In this document: positions 49,302 through 59,200 of the stretch, piece by piece
How positions within the stretch are numbered: the stretch's first letter is position 1
Layout: each line of letters starts with the position of its first letter
Source: Bacteroidota bacterium
GTDB lineage: Bacteria > Bacteroidota > Bacteroidia > NS11-12g > UBA955
Direction: 5' to 3'
NCBI GenBank assembly: GCA_016787485.1
Contig: JAEUUL010000028.1
Location: forward strand, 7,490-71,489
Length of the DNA stretch: 64,000 bases
Program-made: the position numbers and the translations under genes
Notes under the pieces: generated by a model
Seen by the model: the letters and a program-made list of their open reading frames with translations, nothing else
Databases searched by the model: none
What the model was told of the DNA's origin: nothing

Positions 49302-50483
49302 ATGACCCGCATATTTTTAGCCCTTTTTACCGGCACTGTTTTTTTGCTTTCATCCTGTGGTGGCAGCACATCAAAATCCAATACAGATACAGCCAAAACC
49401 AAACCCAAAGACACTGTTGCAACTGTTGCTGAAAAATACGACCGCAAATTCAATGATTATGCGCGTTTCATTTCCGGTCAACCCGCATTGAATGGAAGTA
49501 TTTTCAAATCCTATGACAGCAACGAGCAGGTAAAAAAGCAGGTTACGGCTTTTAACGCCCGCTGGGCAGATATGGAAAAGAACCGGCTGGGTCTGATGCG
49601 CAGTTGGGCAAAAGATGAATTGTACCCCAAGGTGGATGAAAACCTCAATACATTTTATCCGTTCTCCGGTCCTGATTTTTTACATGTATATCAGTTCTAC
49701 CCAAACAGTAAAAAATACCTTTTTCTGGCCAATGAAATGGTTGGGGATGTACCGGAGTTTGACAAGATGAGCAAGCAGCAGGTATTGCAGTATCTGAGTT
49801 CGATAGAATCTGCCCTGAATGACATTTTCCGCCGCAGTTATTTCATCACCAGTTACATGGGTTCTCAAATACCCCGTGTAAAAGGAGTGATACCCATTTT
49901 TCTGGTTTTTCTGTCCCGCACCGGACATGAAATTCTGAATGTTGAACATATCAAACTGGATGCGGATGGAAAGGCCGTTTCAGGCAAAAGTTCAAGCGGT
50001 GTAAGTGGTGTGCGGTTCACCTTCAGACCCGAAGGTAAACCCAATGATATTCGCACCCTTGAATATATCAATGCGGATATCAGCAATGAAGGCACGGATG
50101 GCAAGGGCGGACTCAAAGCGCACCCTGAACTGGTAAAATTTATTGAATCTTTTGGCAGGGCCAACTCATTTGTGAAGGCAGCGAGCTATCTCATGCACTA
50201 CGGCACCTTTACCACCATTAAGGATCTCACAATGGCAAAGTCTGCCAGTTTGCTGCAGGATGATACCGGAATTCCATACCGTTTATTGAAGGACAAATTT
50301 AAGCCCTTCATGTATGGCAAGTATACTGTTCCTATCAGCAATTTCAGCAAAAGTGGCCATTATCAGCCCGACCTCGCCAAACTGTATGCCACAGATTCGG
50401 CTTCGGTAAAAGCCCTTCCGTTTTCTCTTGGGTACCACTGGCTTGATAAGAACCAGAACTACATGTTGTTTGTAGCGAAGTAA
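49302..50483 (+). CDS. Lipoprotein of unknown function, tandem paralog A.
   Basis: Lipobox ...FLLSSCGG. Shares long identical blocks with the next gene, for example NTFYPFSGPDFLHVYQFYPNSKKYLFLANE. Confidence 0.7.
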   Translation: MTRIFLALFTGTVFLLSSCGGSTSKSNTDTAKTKPKDTVATVAEKYDRKFNDYARFISGQPALNGSIFKSYDSNEQVKKQVTAFNARWADMEKNRLGLMRSWAKDELYPKVDENLNTFYPFSGPDFLHVYQFYPNSKKYLFLANEMVGDVPEFDKMSKQQVLQYLSSIESALNDIFRRSYFITSYMGSQIPRVKGVIPIFLVFLSRTGHEILNVEHIKLDADGKAVSGKSSSGVSGVRFTFRPEGKPNDIRTLEYINADISNEGTDGKGGLKAHPELVKFIESFGRANSFVKAASYLMHYGTFTTIKDLTMAKSASLLQDDTGIPYRLLKDKFKPFMYGKYTVPISNFSKSGHYQPDLAKLYATDSASVKALPFSLGYHWLDKNQNYMLFVAK

Positions 50484-50537
50484 TTCGTTCAGGGTACTCT
50501 TTTTTTCTGTTTGGCTTTGCGGTACTTTTGTGCTGCT

Positions 50538-51686
50538 ATGAGACCTTTTTTCATTTGCCTTGGTGTTTCTGCATTGTTGGCCGCCTGCGGAGGCAATCCC
50601 TCTGTACCCGGTAAGGCAAAAAAGTCTGACACAACGGTTAAGGCAGACAATTATCCTCACGACCGCAAATACAATGATATGGCGCGCTATCTGGCAGGTT
50701 TTAAAACCCGGGACGGAAGCGTTATGCTGGGGCAGGACACCGGCAGGTTCTTCAGTGAACACACAACCCGCTTTGGTACCCAGTGGGATGAAATGGAACA
50801 AAAAAGATTGTCTGTGATGCGCAAATGGGCCAAAGAAGAAATTCATACAAAGGTGGATCCTGCAAAAAATACATTTTATCCTTTCTCCGGCCCTGATTTT
50901 TTGCATGTATATCAGTTTTACCCGAACAGTAAAAAGTATTTGTTTCTTGCCAACGAACCTGTGGGTGAAGCCCCGGATCTGGCGCACATGAAGCCGGCAG
51001 ATTTGCAGGCTTACCTCAAATCGATACAAGCTTCCCTGGGTGATATTTTCAAGCGGAGTTATTTTATTACAGGCCGGATGCTGAGTCAGATTCCACGTGT
51101 AAAAGGTGTTATTCCGGTATTCATGGTTTTCATGGCCCGCACAGGTTGCGAAGTATTGAATATTGAACCCATTCAGCTTAATCCGGATGGCAATTCTGCA
51201 AAACGCAACGGCCCGGCAAAGGGTGGGCTGGAAGGAGTTCGCATCACTTTTCGCCCTGAAGGCAAATATGATGATATCCGAACCCTTGAATATTTCAATT
51301 GCGATGTAAGCGATGAAGGGATTTCTGCACATCCGGAAATTCCGCAATACGTGAAAAGTTTCGGCACAGCCAACACCTTTGTAAAAGCAGCATCCTACCT
51401 CATGCATTATGGTACTTTCTCAAAAATCCGCGAGGCAACCATGGCCATATCCTCTGCCATTCTGGAAGACGATACGGGTATTCCCCTGCGTTATCTTGAA
51501 GCAGAGTACACTCCTTACCTGTATGGCAGATATGTGCCGCCTGTAAACGAATTCAAGGGCGTATACCAGAAGGATCTCGCTGTATTGTACAAAGACACAA
51601 CCCATGTAAAACCCCTGCCTTTTTCGTTGGGATATCACTGGCTCACAAAAGACCAGAATTACATGCTGTATGTAAAGAAAAAGTAA
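50538..51686 (+). CDS. Lipoprotein of unknown function, tandem paralog B.
   Basis: Lipobox ...ALLAACGG. Colinear with paralog A along its whole length. Confidence 0.7.
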   Translation: MRPFFICLGVSALLAACGGNPSVPGKAKKSDTTVKADNYPHDRKYNDMARYLAGFKTRDGSVMLGQDTGRFFSEHTTRFGTQWDEMEQKRLSVMRKWAKEEIHTKVDPAKNTFYPFSGPDFLHVYQFYPNSKKYLFLANEPVGEAPDLAHMKPADLQAYLKSIQASLGDIFKRSYFITGRMLSQIPRVKGVIPVFMVFMARTGCEVLNIEPIQLNPDGNSAKRNGPAKGGLEGVRITFRPEGKYDDIRTLEYFNCDVSDEGISAHPEIPQYVKSFGTANTFVKAASYLMHYGTFSKIREATMAISSAILEDDTGIPLRYLEAEYTPYLYGRYVPPVNEFKGVYQKDLAVLYKDTTHVKPLPFSLGYHWLTKDQNYMLYVKKK

Positions 51687-51739
51687 ATACAGCCGGATTC
51701 GACCGCATCCGGCACCATTTTTGACTTTTAAAATCTGTC

Positions 51740-52990
51740 TTGCACCGTTTATTATTCATATGGTTTTTTGGGGTTGCAGTTCTGCATGCACAGGAATCCA
51801 ATACAGAAAAGGATTCTCCACTCTTAATGCACTTGTTCTGCAATGCAAGCCCTGCATTTTTTGATGTATTGAGTCAGCCTGAAAAATACAAATACCAAAT
51901 CGTTTTTACACAAATAGACCGGAATAGAAGCGGTGTACCCACTCTCACCCACCATTATTTTCATTACAACAGTGGTGCTGCCGGTTATTTATATCCAGCC
52001 AGTCTGGTAAAACTACCGCTTTCTGTTTTGGCATTGCAGAAAATTCAATCCCTGGACAAATATGGCATTTCGCCTTTCACCCCAATGGTTACCGACAGTG
52101 GTTTCTGGTGTCAGACCCGCACAAGCCGTGACTTTACCCAGCGGGACAGTATGCCTTCGGTGGAGGCCTATATTCATAAAATGATGCTGGTAAGTGACAA
52201 TGAAAGTTACAACCGCGTATATGAGTTTTTAGGGTATGATTATATCGGGAGAAATTTGCAAAAACATGGATTTCCTCAATATCGCATCATCCAAAGGTAT
52301 GAACAACCCTGCGATAGCATCAGCCATTATGTGACCAATCCTGTGTATTTCCTGAAAGGCCGGGATACCTTGTATAAACAGCGTCAGCAGGAAGGAATTA
52401 TGCGTCTCAGAAACCCGAACGGAGAGGTGTGGATGGGCGAATCTTATTATGACAATACCGGGTATTTGTTTCCATTTTCACGATCATTTATATTTAACAA
52501 TTTTGCCCCCCTGCATGAGCAGCAGCTCGTTCTGGCAAGTGTCTTCACACCTCACGCATTGCCAGCCTCCATGCGATGGAAAGTAAGTGATGAGAATTTA
52601 AACGTATTGAAAAAATACATGGGAATGTGGCCATTTGAATCAAAATATCCATCTTATGCTTTGCCCAATTCGTTTAAAAAGTATTTGCTTATGGGAAATG
52701 GCGCAGCCTTGCCGGACTCTTCAGATATACGCAGTTTTAATGTGGTGGGGCGTGCCTTTGGCGTGATTGCTGACTGTGCCTATATTGTCGATTTTAAAAA
52801 TGATGTGGAATTTATGGTAAGTGCTGAATTGTATTGTAATGAAAATGGAATTCTCAACGACAATGTATACGAATATGATACAGTGGGAATTCCGTTTTTG
52901 GTTGAATTGGGGCGCATTTTATATCAGCATGAAAAATCAAGGCCGCGCAATCCATGGCACAATGCTGAATTGGAAAATCTGTATAAATAA
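51740..52990 (+). CDS. Class-A beta-lactamase-like serine hydrolase (secreted).
   Basis: SxxK motif (PASLVKLP) and SDN motif (LVSDNESYN). The 5' end is uncertain: the listed ORF begins at a TTG. Confidence 0.6.
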   Translation: MHRLLFIWFFGVAVLHAQESNTEKDSPLLMHLFCNASPAFFDVLSQPEKYKYQIVFTQIDRNRSGVPTLTHHYFHYNSGAAGYLYPASLVKLPLSVLALQKIQSLDKYGISPFTPMVTDSGFWCQTRTSRDFTQRDSMPSVEAYIHKMMLVSDNESYNRVYEFLGYDYIGRNLQKHGFPQYRIIQRYEQPCDSISHYVTNPVYFLKGRDTLYKQRQQEGIMRLRNPNGEVWMGESYYDNTGYLFPFSRSFIFNNFAPLHEQQLVLASVFTPHALPASMRWKVSDENLNVLKKYMGMWPFESKYPSYALPNSFKKYLLMGNGAALPDSSDIRSFNVVGRAFGVIADCAYIVDFKNDVEFMVSAELYCNENGILNDNVYEYDTVGIPFLVELGRILYQHEKSRPRNPWHNAELENLYK

Positions 52991-53123
52991 CAGCCGGAAA
53001 AAGTTACTTCCGGGGTTTCTGTTTTTCCAATCCGGCAGGAGCCTGTTTCATTTCAGGAAATAATCAGGACCGCACCTTATCCCTGACCCATTCGAATTTT
53101 TTCTGCAGAAGCAAAATAACAGA

Positions 53124-54035
53124 TCAACGCCTTTTTAGCGGACGTTTTTTAATTTTACCACCCCGGGTATCCCGTACATTGTTGTATACCACAAATGCAT
53201 CCGGGTCCACCCGTTCCACCTGTTCCTGAAGCCGGTACAATTCAAGGCGGGTTATGACTGTATATAGTATGTCGGTTTTTTGGATGATTTGGCCCCGCTT
53301 GCCATGTCCCAATTTTCCGTCATAAATGGTTACACCCCGGCCCAATTGATCAATAATCATCTGAATCATTTCTTCATGCTTCTGGGTTACAATGGTTACA
53401 CCTATGTATTCTTCCACGCCCTCTGTTAAAAAGTCGGTGGTACGGGCAGTGGTAAAATAGGTAAGAATGCTGTAAAGTGCGGTTTCCAGTCCGATAAACC
53501 AGGCAACCAGCCCGAAAAACAAAACATTGAGCAGGATATGCACGTCTCCCAGGCTGAGACTGCTGCGACGGCTCAGATACAATGCCAGGATTTCAGTTCC
53601 GTCAATACTGGCACCTCCGCGAATGACTAGCCCGATACCGCCTCCCACGAAAAAGCCCCCGAAAACGGTAACCAGCCATATGTCTTTGGTGAATGACGGG
53701 AATTCTGCAAGGGAAATTGCCAGCGCCAGCAGAATGGCAGCCACTACGCTGCGCATGGCAAAGGGACGGTTTACAAGAGTGGCTGATAAAAAAATAAAAG
53801 GAAGGTTTAACAAGACGATGAGGAGGGAAACAGGGAGTGGAGTGAGAGCTGCCGATAGCATAGACATACCCATTACACCGCCGTCTACCAGACGGTGGGG
53901 CAGCAAAAAGGCTTTAAGCCCAAAAGTGGCGCTGCCTATGCCCAGGAGAATAAGCAACCAGTTTCGTATACCCGCCCACCAGGTTTCATCTTCCTGATCT
54001 TTCCATTTAACAGCGCTGAGCTTTACTCCCGGCAT
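53124..54035 (-). CDS. YitT-family membrane protein (DUF161 + DUF2179).
   Basis: Five transmembrane segments and a C-terminal ...YTVITRLELYRLQEQV...DPDAFV... DUF2179-like region. Start chosen at MPGVKLS. Confidence 0.75.
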   Translation of the reverse strand: MPGVKLSAVKWKDQEDETWWAGIRNWLLILLGIGSATFGLKAFLLPHRLVDGGVMGMSMLSAALTPLPVSLLIVLLNLPFIFLSATLVNRPFAMRSVVAAILLALAISLAEFPSFTKDIWLVTVFGGFFVGGGIGLVIRGGASIDGTEILALYLSRRSSLSLGDVHILLNVLFFGLVAWFIGLETALYSILTYFTTARTTDFLTEGVEEYIGVTIVTQKHEEMIQMIIDQLGRGVTIYDGKLGHGKRGQIIQKTDILYTVITRLELYRLQEQVERVDPDAFVVYNNVRDTRGGKIKKRPLKRR

Positions 54036-54118
54036 TCTGCGGTAAATGTAAAACAAAATCTGCTGGATGAAAATGACAGCAATCATGCATTGCTTTGCCA
54101 TCCCTTTCTTTGCAGTGG

Positions 54119-54595
54119 AATATGAATATTCAGGAACTGATTGAGAAAACAGACAACGCCATTGCTGAAATGGGGGTAAAGCCAGAAGAAGCAAGAGGTC
54201 AGGAACCAGGCCAGTGGCTGCTTATGCGGGATGAAATTCCCATTTATCTCGATGCATGGACAGAGGATCAGAGTACTCCCTGGAATTATTTTATCTTTGG
54301 TGCAGACCCCACTGTTTTTCAGGTAACCATTCCATTTTGTTATGGTCCCACCCTTAAGAAAGCAGAATTTTTAGAGGAACTGCTCACCGTGAATATCAAT
54401 TTGTTGTATGGCAAGTTTTCATACAACGCCGAAGAAAATGTTGTGGTTCTGGTCTATCGCGTTCCCGGCAGTGCGCTTGATCCATCACAGATTGGAAAGG
54501 TGATCGAGGGTCTGGGTTATTATGCCGAAATGACCTATCACGTGCTGAAAGACGAATTCCACCTCAAAAGGGTACTCGTCACCGAAAATCAGTAA
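54119..54595 (+). CDS. YbjN-domain (putative sensory-transduction / T3SS-chaperone-like) protein.
   Basis: About 158 aa, acidic. The pattern ...WLLMRDEIPIYLDAW...NYFIFGADP... is typical of the YbjN family. Confidence 0.6.
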   Translation, partial: NMNIQELIEKTDNAIAEMGVKPEEARGQEPGQWLLMRDEIPIYLDAWTEDQSTPWNYFIFGADPTVFQVTIPFCYGPTLKKAEFLEELLTVNINLLYGKFSYNAEENVVVLVYRVPGSALDPSQIGKVIEGLGYYAEMTYHVLKDEFHLKRVLVTENQ

Positions 54596-55440
54596 CCGCC
54601 TGAAAGGGCTTTTTCCATTTCATACATGGTTTTGCGGGCTGCAAAACAATTTGGTGCCAATCTCAGCACTTCCTGCAGTTGACGGTAAGCACCCTGATAA
54701 TCCCGTTTCCCGTTGAGGATAATGGATTTCAGATACAGGAAAGCCGCTTTTGCAGGTACCTCTTCCAGTACGCGGTCCGCAATGCTTTCCAGCCGCACTG
54801 TGCGCAATGTGATATCTGCTGAATTTAAAGCCTGTTTAATGACCTGCTCGGCTTTTTTTGTGTTGCCCCGGGCCATTTCCACGTAAGCCATATCCCACAG
54901 AAATGTGTAGTCACGGGTGCGGTCATAAAGTGCGGTTAACAACGCGTAACTGGCGGTATCATTCCCTGTTTCAAGCAATAATTTGGCCTTGATCTCCTGC
55001 AAAAACGTATTTTTGGGTTGGATGGTAAGTCCTTTTTCAGCATAGAACAGTGGCGTGTTTGCGTTGCGCACATTGCCATTCCCGGTATTGTAAAAGTAGT
55101 GGTAAAAGGCAAGACTGTCATAAATCCAGTTATGGGTGCTGCTGTCCATCAATTCAAGGTGATTCAGCGCTGCAATTGCCCCCTGAATATCACCACACTT
55201 GCGTGTTATGCCATACAGTTCATAATTCTGGTTGATGAGTGTGCTGCGCAACACAGAAGTTTTTACGGTAGCAGAATCCAGGGATTGAAGTGCCTGCCGA
55301 CTGCGTACCTTTTCTGATTTAAGCGCCGCAGACTGGGCCATGAGAGCTGAATCCAGCCGTTTGATTTCTGCCCTGAACTCACGCTTGCTCGCACAGCCGG
55401 CAAATGCCGTTGCGATGATTAAAATGATTGTCGCCCGCAT
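54589..55440 (-). CDS. Helical lipoprotein of unknown function, tandem paralog 1.
   Basis: Lipobox AFAGCAS. Shares YDSLAFYHYFYN and EEVPAKAAFLYLK blocks with the next gene. Confidence 0.65.
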   Translation of the reverse strand: MRATIILIIATAFAGCASKREFRAEIKRLDSALMAQSAALKSEKVRSRQALQSLDSATVKTSVLRSTLINQNYELYGITRKCGDIQGAIAALNHLELMDSSTHNWIYDSLAFYHYFYNTGNGNVRNANTPLFYAEKGLTIQPKNTFLQEIKAKLLLETGNDTASYALLTALYDRTRDYTFLWDMAYVEMARGNTKKAEQVIKQALNSADITLRTVRLESIADRVLEEVPAKAAFLYLKSIILNGKRDYQGAYRQLQEVLRLAPNCFAARKTMYEMEKALSGGY

Positions 55441-55443
55441 TGT

Positions 55444-56184
55444 TTATCTTCCTTGCTGGGCCGCTTGTTGCATCTCGTAAAAACTCCGTTTTACGGCATA
55501 AAAATCAGGGGCAATTTTCAGGGCCTCATTCCAGGTTTCTGCCGCTTTCAGCGGCTGTTTCTGCGCATTCAGCATGATTCCCTTCAGATACAAAAACGCT
55601 GCTTTTGCCGGCACTTCCTCCCTCATGCGTTCAGGAATATGTTCCAGTCGTACTTTTTTCGAGTCTGATTCTGGCGTCGACATCACCATCAGTATCATTG
55701 AATCTGCATCCTGAAAGCGACCCCGCGCACCCAGTTGAATGAAGGTCATGTCCCACCAGTATGTGTAATCGTGGGTTTGTTGCCACAGTTCAGAAAAAAG
55801 GTTGTAAGAAAGGGTGTCTTTGCCCATTTCCAGTTGCAGTTTTCCTTTGAGTTCTTTCAGAAACACATTGCCCGGCGCGATATCCAGACCTTTTTGGGCA
55901 TAATACAGGGGTGTGTTCGGGTTGCGCACCACTCCCGGAGTATAGTTGTAAAAATAGTGGTAAAACGCCAGACTATCGTATACCCAGGGGTTGCCTGCGG
56001 AATCGTGAACCGCCATCAGTGTGAGGGCAGATATGGCGGTGTGGTAATCCTGCGCCAGGCGGGCGTGGTCATACATTTTTCTGTACGCACTTTCCGCTTT
56101 TTTGGGAGATGAATTACAGGATACAAGCAACGCAAAGCAAATGACAGTTGTCAATAGAGCAGAGGCAGATTTCAGGCCTTTCAT
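55444..56184 (-). CDS. Helical lipoprotein of unknown function, tandem paralog 2.
   Basis: Lipobox LLVSCNSS. Colinear with paralog 1. Its start sits about 40 bp from the divergent giant adhesin gene. Confidence 0.65.
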   Translation of the reverse strand: MKGLKSASALLTTVICFALLVSCNSSPKKAESAYRKMYDHARLAQDYHTAISALTLMAVHDSAGNPWVYDSLAFYHYFYNYTPGVVRNPNTPLYYAQKGLDIAPGNVFLKELKGKLQLEMGKDTLSYNLFSELWQQTHDYTYWWDMTFIQLGARGRFQDADSMILMVMSTPESDSKKVRLEHIPERMREEVPAKAAFLYLKGIMLNAQKQPLKAAETWNEALKIAPDFYAVKRSFYEMQQAAQQGR

Positions 56185-56201
56185 TTTGCAGGCAAAAGTA
56201 C

Positions 56202-56209
56202 TAAATTTG
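56202..56209 (+). promoter_or_regulatory. Bacteroidota -7 promoter motif TAAATTTG upstream of the giant adhesin gene.
   Basis: Matches TAnnTTTG and lies 16 bp upstream of the ATG at 56225. Confidence 0.35.
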
Positions 56210-56224
56210 TACATTGGGTTTACT

Positions 56225-59200
56225 ATGTCCCGGCTAAGACTCTTACTTTGTCTGTTATTTGCGTGTTCCATGTGCTGTGGGAACAGCCTGTTTGCGCAGT
56301 CGGGGCCGGAGATTGAGGTACTCACTCCTGTTGTATGTATTCCCGGCAAAGTCACAGTTCAGTTGAAAGGCTGCGCCACTTGTGTGAGTTGGGATTGGGA
56401 AATTGGTACGGGGACCGGCTACAAATCGGGAAACGCCAATTATTCCGTGGTAATGACAAAGGCCGGCATTTACGATGTAAATGTAAAACTGAAAACGGCA
56501 GCGGGTGTTACAACGGTAATCAGCAAGCAGAAGGCGTTTGAGGTTAAGCCCAGCCCGGTCATCCGAATCACTGCGAACAAGCGGGTCTTTTGCGGCTACA
56601 ACGATACAGTACTGCTCATCGACAGCACCCCGAACATTGTCAGCCGCGATTGGCTGATAGAAAGCAACATTATCTACAACGGGCCCAAAACCATTGCACA
56701 CCAGTTCAGCAATTCCTACGGCTGGAAAAAAATATTCCTGCTGGTGCGCGACAGTTGGGGTTGTGCAAGCCAAACAACCCGCGATTCTGTGGTGGGAATC
56801 TGGAATAAGCCGTCGATTACTGTTGCCACAAGCAAGACCTCTGGCTGTTTGCCCGGAAATGTGCGCTACATTCCATCATTTGATACCGGGGTGCAGACCA
56901 TCAAATCGGTTTCCTGGACTTTTACAGGTGGCAGTCCGCCTGTATACAACGGACGTTTTCCCAAACCTGTTGCATACTCCACATCAGATACCTTCGGAAC
57001 CAAAGTTACTTTTTTCACACACCAGGGTTGTTCTGCCACTTTCGATAACCCGAAAATGGTGGTACTCGGAGACTCGGTGGCATTGAATGTAACCGTTTCG
57101 CCAAAAACCATTTGTGCAAACAAGCCCTTTACGGCAAAGGTTACAAATTCACTGAACAAGGCTCCGGGCTGGAATTTCACAGGTCCGGCGGTGCTGTTGG
57201 ATTCTTCCACGGGAGTGAACATTTCCGGCAGATTCAAAGATACAGGCCTTGCAGATGTGGAAGTTTTTGAAGTAAACCGGGGTTGCATCAGTTATAAAAT
57301 GCTCAAGGGCGCCATCCGGGTAAATGGTCCGGTGGCCAGCTTCGAAACCCTTGTACAGAGCTATTGCGCCTCTCCGGACACGCTGAAGTTCAAAAATACT
57401 TCAATCCCCGGCCCAGGCACCACCTGGAAATGGGAAATAATGGATACCACCGGAGCCGTGCAGGGTTCGGGTACAACAAAGGATTTTGAATACCGGGTTA
57501 CAAAAGTTGCATCCTGGTCTACCAGGCTCATTGCCGTTTCTACCAATGGTTGCACAGACACGGTTTTCATGAAAAAGAATGTAACCGGTGGTAAAATCGA
57601 TGCCAATTTTACGGTTGCACCAAACCCGGCCTGTCCGAATCAGGAGATTTTCCTTACCTCTGCGACAGGAAAAGGGAGTGCTCAGTTCCCCAATACGCTG
57701 GTCTGGACTTTTTACGGCGCCACTGGCAAACCGGTCTATTCAGTGGCTTCCAATGCGCCGTTTTACAAGTATGCCAATACAGGCAAATACAGTGCAAAGC
57801 TTGTTATCAGCAATACCAAAGGATGCAAAGACTCACTGTTCCTCAAAGACACAATTAAAGTTGAAATCCCGGCAGCCAAACTTTCAGTTTCAGACAGCAT
57901 TGTCTGCACAAATCAGGGAATCCGGTTTTACGGGTCCAGAAGTTCCAAACTGAAAGGCATGAAGGCATTGTGGATTTTCAAAAATATCGATTCCACCTCT
58001 GTACCCGATCAGTCTTCGTTCGGCGATACAACAGATTATAGTTTCGCCGCGCCGGGAAGATATGAAGTGTATTATTCGTTGTCCGACAATTTGTCCGGAG
58101 GTTGCTCCGTTACCATAAAACTCCCGCAAAGAATCAAAGTGAGCACGGTACGGTACAAAGTCACACCCGGGCCAGACATTGGTTGTAAGCCGCTTACATT
58201 CAATTTGAGTGCAACCCAACTAACCAATGTGAATCACAAAACGGGCAGCAATACGGTTTGGTTCCGCTGGAAAAATTACCATCCGGCCAATCTGACCATT
58301 GCTGATTCTTCGAAGGCAAATACAACAGCTGTACTGAAGCAGTCTTACGCGCAATACTCCCTTGTATGGCAGAATGATGCAGGTTGTAAAGACAGCTCTC
58401 CCTGGTACCTCACCAGTGTGGCTCTGGAGTCGGGTTTCGACCTGCCGGGCAATGAACGTTGTATCAAAAAACCCATCAAAATGCACAACGCCAGTGTGAG
58501 CTGGGCCACAGGGTTTAAATGGATTTGCGACTCGAGCACGGCCATTTTCTCTTCCAAAACTGCCAGAGAGCCCACGGTTATTTTTACTAAGGGTGGTTTT
58601 TATACCATCAAACTCATCGCTTACTATAACGCATGTGCCGATACATTTACGCGGGTGGTAAAACTTGAATCCGTTATAGCAGACTTCTATGCACCGGACA
58701 GCGTTGTGTATTGTGCACCCAAACTCATGAATTTTGTAAACAGAACTTTGGGTGCAAACCGCAACTGGTGGACTTTTGGCGACGGTGATTCGGTGTATTC
58801 TGTATACAACAACAAAGTCGGCCACTTGTACAAAAAAAACAAAACCAGGCCGGGATACGATGTTACTTTGATCACGGAAAACAGCTTCGGTTGCAGAGAT
58901 ACGCTAACCAAAAAAGGTTATGCCCGGGTTGTAGGCCCTTTGCCAGGTCTGGCTATGAGCAATTTTATCGGTTGTGAGCCCTTGCAGGTGAAGTTCACAA
59001 ACACCAGCACTGATTACAATAAATTCTACCTTGATTTTGCAGACGGTTCTGTACTGGATTCTACCAAGGTGATGGATCATTTTTACAAAGTAACCGACAA
59101 ATCATTGCCTGTACAGGCTTTCCATCCACGGCTTCTGTTGTACGATTCCTTCGGCTGCTTCGCCATTGCGAGTCCGGATGACAGTGTGATGGTCTCCAAG

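Noticed and set aside
50283-51407. 374-aa minus-strand ORF spanning both tandem lipoprotein paralogs.
   Set aside because: Its translation is rich in Cys, Arg, His and Phe and has no motifs. The plus-strand genes have lipoboxes and mutual homology.
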